Assembly (NCBI RefSeq): GCF_006345805.1
Contig: NW_021833318.1
Location: 1 to 34,706 of the forward strand
Direction of reading: 5' to 3'
DNA: 34,706 nt
Source: Octopus sinensis
Taxonomy: Eukaryota
Of the stretch, positions 22,105 to 31,407 are shown one piece after another. Both the position numbers and the translations under genes were made by a program. The notes below the pieces were generated by a model that did no database searches, had not been told where the DNA came from, and saw only the letters and a list, made by a program, of their open reading frames with translations. Position 1 is the stretch's first letter. Each line of letters begins with the position of its first letter.

Positions 22105-22596
22105 TCTCAATGCAAAATATCAGCTACTGGGAAAGACTGAAAGTATTAAACCTCTTCTCCCTAGAGCGGAGGCGGGAGAGATATGCGGTGATATACATCT
22201 GGAAAATCCTGGAGGGTCTTCTCTCAAACTTTGGCATTCAAAGTTACCCAAACCGCAGAACGGAGCGCCACTGCATGGTGCCAAAGATTCCAACATCACC
22301 ATCAAAATACAGGTCCAGATACTGCAACAGCTTGGGTTTCAGAGGACCACAGCTCTTTAACATCCTCCCTAAATGCCTGAGAGACTTACATGGTGTAGAT
22401 GTGGGTTTCTTTAAAACTAAACTGGATCTCTTCTTGTCGGGAGTCCCAGATGAACCTACCTCACGACATGAGACGCAGATGCGGGCAGCAGCATCGAACT
22501 CCCTTGTTGATCAAGTGCCACGTATCAGAGGTGGTGCCCCAGCATGGCCGCGGCCTTCGGGCTAAAACATTTTTAAGGATTTAAGGATTTAAGGAT
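22105..22596 (+). mobile_element. CR1/L2-type LINE, 5'-truncated 3' end with (TTAAGGAT)n tail
   Basis: SYWERLKVLNLFSLERRRERYAVIYIWKILEG...FKTKLDLFLSGVPDEP. Near-identical to 32589-33110. Flanked by (TA)n on both sides. Confidence 0.9.
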
Positions 22597-22879
22597 ATAC
22601 ATATATATATGTATATATATATGTATATACATATACATATATACATGCATATATATGACATTTATATATTATATATATATCTAGATATATATACATATAA
22701 TCTATATTATATATATATATAATATATATATATATATAATATATATATATATATACACATATATCTATACATATATAATACATATATATATGTGTATATA
22801 TATATATATTATATAATAATATATATATATACACAAACATACATACATATTCTTATATATGGTAATAGTGTAAAGCTGA

Positions 22880-23012
22880 ATCGCCAGAGTGGAGCAAATT
22901 CTTACAATTGTTAGAGTAGTGCGAACAAACTACCTCGTGATATATGTACTCTGAGTTCGAATGTGGCCGAGGCCAGCATCGACTTTCATCCTTTCGGATT
23001 TCGATAAATAAG
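22880..23012 (+). mobile_element. Old SINE family B-like copy
   Basis: ctctgagttcgaatgtggccgaggccagc..gactttcatcctttcgga..gataaataag. Confidence 0.55.
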
Positions 23013-23561
23013 GAATCAGTCCAAGTCGGTGGCGTGATCAAAGCGTTCGAGCGTCAGACGGGAGGGCGGTGGGGTTCTTTTCGTTCTTCCCAAGAATCCT
23101 AATGCTACCAAGAACAATATCATCGCCCCCCCCCCTTTCACACTGATAAAAGGAGTAAAGGCAAACCACCACGACAAACTATTCGCCTTGCAGCCCCTCC
23201 TACTTGTGCTGCTCCGGCAGCTTTTGCGGTTTTGTGCTATCAAACACACTTTCCTCCGTTTCAAACATGTTGTGTAATGTGTAAGGGCCCCTGAAAACCA
23301 GACACATTGGGGACTGAACTCCCTACTTTACTCCACACTATCCTTAGGATTTCAGAAACTTTGTAAATGTCCTTGGAGAGAAAACACAGACGACAAGTGT
23401 AAAGCTCATGGGACAGTCGCTGAGTTTGCCATATCACCAGACCCTGAATTTTATACAGTAGATCCAAAAGTGCCATTCTCGCAAAAGCGGAGCCAGGTGT
23501 GGACAGCCACACTTGCTACGCTACAGCAAGCAACAAGTATATATTAATTTATATGTACATG

Positions 23562-23710
23562 TAACTTAGCGGTTCGGCAAAAGAGACCCATAGAATAAGT
23601 ACTAGGCTTACAAGGAATAAGTCCCGGGGTCGATTTGCTCGACTAAAGGTGGTGCTCCAGCATGGCCACAGTCACATGACTGAAACAAGTAAAAGAGTAA
23701 AAGAGTAAAC
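23562..23710 (+). mobile_element. SINE family A 3' end (in the intron upstream of the coding exon)
   Basis: ttagcggttcggcaaaagagac...gactgaaacaagtaaaagag. Confidence 0.9.
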
Positions 23711-23799
23711 ATGTGTGTTGTGCGCGCGCTTATGTGTAGTAGTCACTTTCGGTGTATATTGCATTTTTTTCTTTCTAATTTCAGATCGAACTCAAAGTC

Positions 23800-24549
23800 A
23801 TGAGGTCCACAACTGCAACGATTATAATTGTAACAGTGTTCTGTATGTTCTTTAAACAGCGTGTAGAGGGCGCCGACAACATCCCTTCTGGTTCTCCCCT
23901 TCCTCATCTCCTTCGTCTACCAGCGGGTTCCCAGGAAAGCAAACCAGCGAATAACGCCGACGACAAATCGTATATCAGACTTTGGAAAAGGAAGTTGAAG
24001 GACGGCGTTAACTATGAATACACGTACCACAACCCCGTTAAGAACGGAGCAATCAACCAGCAGGGCTCGGTGACGCTTTTTAAAACCAAAGATCCGAAAG
24101 GTGGTCAACCCAAATCTACGGGTTACTTGATTAGTTACCGAACAAGCGAAGACTTCAGTTTCACCAATCCCCTTGACTCTGATTGGGACGTTGCCAACAG
24201 TCCTTATTACTACAACAATAACAACAAAAACACCAACAACAACTACTACCAGAGCCCGTACAAATACCGGACCGCTGACAATGTCGGTACTCCGTACAGC
24301 CATCCTTATTCGCCGGACCACCAACACAACGGAAATCCGGCGTTTCACGGCTATCGGCGACCGACGTCGTTAACAACGTCCCCACCTCATGCGACGGAGC
24401 CTCGGTGCTACGGTGAACGAAATTTCGGCTACAACAGCAACGTAATTTACTGCTGTATGTATGCCGACCGCCCTCAGCCTAGTTCTTCTCCTTACCCTAA
24501 ACATGTCTGTTGGCGCCAACATATCACATGGGGCCGCCGCATGCAATAA
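23800..24549 (+). CDS. Secreted precursor-like protein of unknown function (249 aa) in one coding exon
   Basis: Non-repetitive ORF of 750 nt. Strong acceptor ttttttttctttctaatttcAG at 23783-23784, 15 nt before the ATG. Signal peptide MRSTTATIIIVTVFCMFFKQRVEG|A. KRK at 63-65, RR at 186-187, GRR at 245-247. AATAAA at the stop. No family recognised. Confidence 0.8.
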   Translation: MRSTTATIIIVTVFCMFFKQRVEGADNIPSGSPLPHLLRLPAGSQESKPANNADDKSYIRLWKRKLKDGVNYEYTYHNPVKNGAINQQGSVTLFKTKDPKGGQPKSTGYLISYRTSEDFSFTNPLDSDWDVANSPYYYNNNNKNTNNNYYQSPYKYRTADNVGTPYSHPYSPDHQHNGNPAFHGYRRPTSLTTSPPHATEPRCYGERNFGYNSNVIYCCMYADRPQPSSSPYPKHVCWRQHITWGRRMQ

Positions 24550-24550
24550 A
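24545..24550 (+). terminator. Polyadenylation signal AATAAA overlapping the TAA stop codon
   Basis: CAATAAA contains the stop at 24547-24549. GT/T-rich sequence follows at about 24575-24625. Confidence 0.55.
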
Positions 24551-24711
24551 GTTAAAAAACCACCCACTCTTTAAGTTTGTATTCATGTGATTGTTCCTTT
24601 AATTTTTTTTACTTTTCATTTTTATCCGAAAACCAAGTAGGAAGCAGTAATAATAATAATAAATATAATAATAATGATGATAATAATAATAATAATATAA
24701 TGATAATGATA

Positions 24712-24747
<36 letters not shown>

Positions 24748-24748
24748 T

Positions 24749-24868
24749 ATACTTTCTATGTAATTTCAAGTTTTAAAACAAACATACTTTTTTTTTGACA
24801 TTCACTAGTACAACACTAAATACAAAACCAATTATATGGCACACGAGGCATAACAACATCACGAACTT
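24749..24868 (+). mobile_element. R4/Dong-type LINE fragment (last codons ILSM* plus start of the 3' UTR)
   Basis: Inverted match to 25077-25217. Confidence 0.75.
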
Positions 24869-24947
24869 CCAACTCAGAACGTAGTGGCAGACGAAATACC
24901 GCTAAGCATATCGCCCGGCGTGCTAACGTCTCTGCCAGCTCGCCGCC
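24869..24947 (-). mobile_element. SINE family B head fragment
   Basis: Reverse complement of 16392-16470. Confidence 0.85.
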
Positions 24948-24962
24948 TTAATAACAATAATA

Positions 24963-25000
<38 letters not shown>

Positions 25001-25002
<2 letters not shown>

Positions 25003-25362
25003 GGTTGACTTTTGCTTTACATTTGCACAAGCTGGCTCCAAGTCTCACCCAGAGACCTCAAGAGACAACACGTTGAAAGTTCGTGTTGGTGTTATGCCTA
25101 GGGTGCCATATATTTGGTTTTGTACTTAGTGTTGTACTAGGGAATGTCTAAAAAAAAAGAAGAAAAAACATACGAAAATTATGTTTGTTTTAAAACTTGA
25201 GATTACATAGAAAGTATTTTGCGTAGGATATGAGCAGTTCCCATGAGCACTATCTATTGAATTTCAGCCATTTTGGGGTTTCCTGGTATCTGAGTTAGGT
25301 AGCAATCAGCCCCTTTTGTTATCATTCCCAGGGCACCTATGACAACAGATATTGTTTTAGTC
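25001..25362 (-). mobile_element. R4/Dong-type LINE 3' end flanked by (AAT)n on both sides
   Basis: Minus strand TKTISVVIGALGMITKGADCYLTQIPGNPKMAEIQ*IVLMGTAHILRKILSM*, then 3' UTR and (AAT)n tail. Confidence 0.85.
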
Positions 25363-25371
25363 TTATTATTA

Positions 25372-25420
<49 letters not shown>

Positions 25421-26036
25421 CATTATTATTATTATTATTATTATGTTTACTAAAGTGAAAATGAAGAAAAATGTTTCTTATCTACTTGCTTCTTGTATTA
25501 AGAACGAAGATATTCTATTACTAACTTCACGTGCCTTCCCCCAACAGCAACTCACCTACCCCCACCCTGATGGGAAGAAGACGAATGGATTAAAATCAGA
25601 ATAAAAGTGCTATAAACAGCAGCGATAATCATCATTTCTTTGTTTGACGCAAGGACTAGAGCTGAGGAAGCATTACAAAGCCTAATGGTGGTGGGGTTAT
25701 ATAGATCTGATTATGAGAAGAGGACCAGCAAGAGGAACAGTAACAACAAGAATAACAACAAAAGCAACAACAACAATGATGATGATGATGATGAAGATGA
25801 TTTCTTTCATTCGCTGCAGAATTTTTGCAGGGTGGGATGCATTACAAGGACAAGAACAGCAACAACAACAACAACAACAGCAATAATAATAAATTATTAT
25901 GATTCCATTTATGTGTCTCAAAACTCGTAAATAAAGGATATAATATAGACGAAGTAAAAAACAACTATAGGTTTTATATCAAGTGTAGAAACAAACAAAA
26001 ATAAGAACATATAAACTCAGAGTTATAATCGATATA

Positions 26037-26082
<46 letters not shown>

Positions 26083-26087
26083 CATAC

Positions 26088-26124
<37 letters not shown>

Positions 26125-26559
26125 ATGTATAATATGTATATGTATATATGTATATGTATATATGTATATATATGTATGTATATGTATATAAATATATAGT
26201 ACAAAGTAAGATAGGGGTTATGGGTGTAACCCAACATATAAGTATTATATTTTTTAAATGCCTACAACCTTAGTATGTTGACATCTATAGGCAATGAAAA
26301 TTAGAATCACTTTTGACCATAAGCTGAAACAGCTGTAAGAAGTATTTTTTTAGGATTTCATTAATTCATGACTTTTAAAATCTGTATTTGTATTATTATC
26401 TTACCTATTGATTTATATAATATTTTTGTATGCTTTTGATGTTCTCATTTTGTAAAATGAATAAATAATCCAACATTATAATATCCGTAAGTTGATGAAC
26501 AAACCAAATCTGTTTCTCCATTTTCTATTTGTATAATATATACATATATATATATATAG

Positions 26560-26760
<201 letters not shown>

Positions 26761-26886
26761 CAAGCTCCAGAAGTGTGATACTTAGGCCGCTTAGAGCCAA
26801 TCAAGACTCTATATTTTCTAAATAACCATCGCAACAAAAGCAAGTGATTTCTTTCATTTTCCTATGACCTACAGTTGTATATTTAG

Positions 26887-27138
26887 GGAGGGTGTGTGCA
26901 TCCTCATCAAATATATCATTTACAAACATCTTTTAGTAAATCTGCTAGAGGGGGGATACCACTCCAGTTTTCTCTTGAAATGTTACTCGAAGTTCATGAA
27001 AACCAGGCGAAGAAGAAAATATCAGACCACAGTTCTTTTAAACGTCTTCTACATAAGAGTTCTTTCGCTGTATCCACTAGACAGAGGAAAACTACCTCAT
27101 TTTCAGCAACTGGAACCGGTAATGTTTTGAAGGACGGT
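26887..27138. repeat. Unclassified module of about 250 bp, copy 1
   Basis: About 94% identical by eye to 28031-28299, same orientation. Confidence 0.9.
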
Positions 27139-27362
27139 CTCATCGTCCCATACATACTTTGGAGAAGGTCACCTGGTTACACTGCCATATCTGTAGAATT
27201 TTATCTAGAAATAGTGGTACTGCTCAGTAGATTTCGTTTTCTTTTTTTTGTTTGTTTTTTTCTTGTTTTCATTCATTCCTTTTTCTCTGTCGTTCTTCCC
27301 CTTTTTTCTATCACATCACTTCGTAAATGAACAATCTTTTGTGTTTATTTTCATGGCCTACC

Positions 27363-27438
27363 AAATGTATACAGTGAGTTTCTTTGCCCTAGGTGTTGGG
27401 ACATTCGGCAAGAAATGGAAGCAAAATTGAAAGAGGAC
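27363..27438 (+). mobile_element. 3' UTR end of an (AAT)n-tailed RLE LINE
   Basis: Matches 34590-34680 (ctaggtg...cggc.agaaatggaag.aaa.ttgaa) and is followed by (AAT)n. Confidence 0.6.
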
Positions 27439-27563
<125 letters not shown>

Positions 27564-27769
27564 TGATGATGATGATGATGATGATAATGATAATAATAAA
27601 TGAGTGCTTTGTACCAACATATAGCAGAAAAGGTAATGGACGAAAACGAGAAGGCAAAGATCCTCTAGGACTTTTACTTCCAGAGAGACAAGGTGTTAGA
27701 GCACCGAAAGCCGGATATAGTAATCTTTCGGAGAGATATACAAGAACGCTTAATAACTGATGTGGCAAT

Positions 27770-27915
27770 ATTTTTTTTTACCTTCCCATGTCATACCGAC
27801 TCATAAGGGCCAGGACACCGGTCCGTCGCAGGATCACTAATTTTTGCCATCATGATCGCACGATCATGGGTCCAACACCCTAACCATTAAGCCACGCGCC
27901 TCCACATAATAAATC
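27770..27915 (-). mobile_element. Internally deleted tRNA-derived SINE with poly(A) tail and 11-bp TSD
   Basis: Head GTGGAGGCGCGTGGCTTAATGG and A9 tail. TSD GATGTGGCAAT at 27759-27769 and 27916-27926. Confidence 0.85.
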
Positions 27916-28030
27916 GATGTGGCAATGCCAGGAGATCCGCATATCATGAAAGAAAAGGAAACAGTCGACAAATATGGAAACCTGAAAACTGAAATCCTCA
28001 AGATGTGGCAGCTGCGAAAGTCAAACATAA

Positions 28031-28299
28031 GGAGGGTGTGTGCATCCACATCAAATCCATCATTTACAAACACCTTTTAGCAAATCTGCTAGAGGGGGAC
28101 ACCACTCCACTTTTCTCTTGAAATGTCACTCGAAGTTCATGAAAACCAGGCGAAGAAGAAAATATCTGACTACAGTTCTTTTATACGTTTTCTACATAAG
28201 AGTTCTTTCGCTGTATCCACTAGACAGAGGAAAACTACCTCATTTTCAGCAACCGGAACCGGTAATGTTTTGAGACTGAATATATTAGTGAAGGACGGT
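28031..28299. repeat. Unclassified module, copy 2, inserted in the Dong RLE coding sequence
   Basis: Direct match to 26887-27138 plus a 16-nt extra segment. Confidence 0.9.
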
Positions 28300-28529
28300 T
28301 TCTGAAGACATCGGAACGTTGAGTTCAATACCACCCAACACGAAGAAGCATCTGAACATTTTAGAAATACCCTACAATCTTGGCGTATTGCAAAAATCAG
28401 TTTTACTTGGAACTGCATACATACTTCGTAAAGTACTAACTATCTGAGGTCCCTGATGTGACCTGACAGACTGTACAAATCCCCGGTGCACACAATACTT
28501 TCCGTCTACAAAATCACAATATTGGATAC

Positions 28530-28650
28530 TGTGCGACGTCTTCAATAATGATGATGATGATGATGATGATAATAATAATAATGATAATAATGATAATAAT
28601 AATAATAATAATAATAATAATATTAATTATAATAATAATGATAATAATAA

Positions 28651-28707
<57 letters not shown>

Positions 28708-28768
28708 TGTTTGGGCTATTTGTAATCAAGCACGAGACGATACATGTGCGACGTCTTCAATAATAATA

Positions 28769-28800
<32 letters not shown>

Positions 28801-28823
28801 AATAATAGCTGATCATAATAATG

Positions 28824-28875
<52 letters not shown>

Positions 28876-28879
28876 TAAT

Positions 28880-28935
<56 letters not shown>

Positions 28936-28980
28936 AATAATTGTTTGGGCTATTTCTAATTAAAGCACAAGACGGTACAT
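28530..28980. repeat. Tandem duplication of a LINE-tail/(AAT)n/flank unit (28530-28744, 28745-28980)
   Basis: Both units read tgtgcgacgtcttcaataa-(AAT/GAT)n-ttgtttgggctattt.taat.aagcac.agacg.tacat. Confidence 0.9.
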
Positions 28981-29574
28981 TTGTGGTCAGGTAGGAACAG
29001 CCCATTGTTTAGATCCTCACCAATATTTTTCCTGGTAACTATTTTAGCAAGTCTAGAAGAATAAACCCAGAAATTTCATATATAGCTACAACATACCTAC
29101 AAAAACATTTTTTTTATCTGGCATTTTATAGAATTGTCAAGCAAAACATAAGCGATTATGCTTTATTTGAATTTTGTATTCTTTTTTTAATCAATTTTTG
29201 TGATCGAATTCTGTTTTAGGCATTTACTTCTCTGTTTGTTAGCTGCCTTTACATCCCTTATTAAAATACTATTGATTATATTAAAATGATATTGATTAAA
29301 TCATATTACTTCTTATTCGTTATATTTCTATTTCTCAATATTTCATAATAAAACAATATGAACTTTCGCTCTGAGTGTATTATTGTATTTTTATATAGGT
29401 ATGTCCAGACACATACATCGGTGAATCTGGACACATTCATACGCACAAAGCAAATTCGATAACTGGTACTTAAACCAGCACAATGCTCGTAAATAGAGAG
29501 ATAAGTTATATTAAATCTCTGAGCGAGAGATAAATAGTAACAATACGGAATTGTAAAATATATTCGCAAACTAA

Positions 29575-29756
29575 ATGTAGCGGCCCTATAGAGGACGGTG
29601 TTACTGTTGTTTTTAGCCCCAAGAAGACATCACTTCCAGCTGGCCAACGACACAAATACTAGTCGGACACAGATTGTGTATCATTGGCCAGCTTGAGGAG
29701 ATGTCTTCCTGGGACTAAAGACAAAAGTTACTCCGCCCTCTATAGGACCGCCACAT
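29575..29756. mobile_element. 182-bp fold-back MITE (imperfect inverted arms of about 80 bp), TAA on both sides
   Basis: Arms atgtagcggccctatagagg...ctggccaacgacacaa and ttgtgtatcattggccag...cctctataggaccgccacat. TAA at 29572-29574 and 29757-29759. Confidence 0.85.
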
Positions 29757-29869
29757 TAAGTTAGTAATTATATTTTACAACACAATGCTATGTTAAATTC
29801 AAAGCCATAGAGTTTATATATATATATAATCCACACACACACAGACACACACACACATATACATATATA

Positions 29870-29907
<38 letters not shown>

Positions 29908-29924
29908 CATATATATTATACTTT

Positions 29925-29956
<32 letters not shown>

Positions 29957-30443
29957 GATATATATATATATATAATATATTTGAGTAGTTGAATGAATTA
30001 TCTTGTTAAGGAAATTCGGTTAACCGATACCTGGGTAGCAAATTCACATCTATAGTAAGCACAATCATACACACAGACACAAACCGTTCACCTTACCACT
30101 GTCTCTTTTCTGACACCTACCCATCCACAAACACATTCACGCACACACATACACACACACACATTAATGCCGTTATATATAATCACACACACAGACACTC
30201 ATTCACAAAAGAAAATTCACCATTCATTTGAACTGCACCCTTTCACCTTCCTATTCTTATGCCTCTCTTCTCCTACTTCGCTTGAACCCTTGAACCTTTA
30301 GAACATTCTAGAATCTTCTACATCCAACCATTTTGACGTCACTCCTTATAAAGGAATTTTTTTAAAGAGACACTCATTATCACTATGGGCTCCGTGTGAA
30401 CAGTCATCTAAAAGTTTTTTGTGCATCTTGATTTTGACATAAG

Positions 30444-30541
30444 TTCCTTGCTTTTCCTGATGAGAAAGCGGCATAATATACTCCTTATTCCTTCGCAATT
30501 AGGAATATGCAGCTTTCGAAACATATGTCGAAATAAAGGAA
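30444..30541 (+). ncRNA. Type I hammerhead ribozyme (Penelope-like/retrozyme type)
   Basis: Stem I TTCCTT/AAGGAA plus TTTC/GAAA; core CTGATGA at 30457-30463; stem II GAAAGC/GCTTTC; GAAA at 30518-30521; palindromic stem III ACATATGT; GUC cleavage after 30529. Confidence 0.85.
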
Positions 30542-30930
30542 TTTTGTTAATTCGTCGTTCAACTCCATTCTTTCATATATATTATATATATATATATATA
30601 TATAATATATATATATATATTATATTATATATATATATATATATACCACTTAATGATTTCAATGGAGGCAATACAGCGGAAACTAGAGGAACATAATTAT
30701 TAACCACTTTCGAAAATCAAATACATACATATTTACTTCTACATTTATAAAACGGAAATAAAAATTCCAAATATATAAATATAAAGATACACATCAATAG
30801 ATACATATCGATGAAATACATAAAACAATGAATTTACATTTAAAAGTTATATATTGGTGTAATAAAAAGTTGAGATGATAAAATATTAAAAGGACATATC
30901 AAAAAACCACGGAAATAATACAAAAATTTT

Positions 30931-31023
30931 AAAATTCCATCTACCTGCCGTTTCAGAGACGTGCCAAGTAATATGATATATTTCATATTTTTAAAACTGA
31001 CACTCCCCTCATCAGGATGTTTT
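30931..31023 (-). ncRNA. Type I hammerhead ribozyme, slightly degenerate
   Basis: Minus strand AAAA-CATC-CTGATGA-GGGGA-GTGTCA...TGGCAC-g-TCTCT-GAAAC-GGCAG-GTA-GATG-gaa-TTTT. The stem II closing pair is G-U instead of G-C. GUA cleavage between 30942 and 30941. Confidence 0.65.
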
Positions 31024-31109
31024 CACACATATACGAAAATACAATTATAAAATTACATACTAGCTCGTATATATATATGTATGTATATACATGTATAGGT
31101 ATATGTATG

Positions 31110-31158
<49 letters not shown>

Positions 31159-31407
31159 ATATACATATTGTATATATATATATATATATTATACATATAC
31201 ATATATATATATATATATACATATATATACATATATATTATATATATACATATACATATACATATATATATATAATATACATTACATATACATATACATA
31301 TATATATATCTATACATATATATATATATAATATACATATATATATATTATAGATATACATAATAATAATATATACATATAAGTATATGTATATATATAT
31401 GTATATA

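Larger units (their letters stand above)
27602..28543 (+). pseudogene. 5'-truncated R4/Dong-type LINE RLE domain with two nested insertions
   Basis: LYQHIAEKVMDENEKAKIL*DF...EHRKPDIVIF...DVA|PGD...KYGNLKTEILKMW...IG.L.SIPPNTKKHL...LQKSVLLGTAYILRKVLTI* (TGA at 28445-28447). (AAT/GAT)n lies on both sides. Confidence 0.85.

Noticed and set aside
23917-24567. Antisense ORFs overlapping the secreted-protein exon
   Set aside because: They are shadows of the plus-strand ORF, with no splice or start context of their own.
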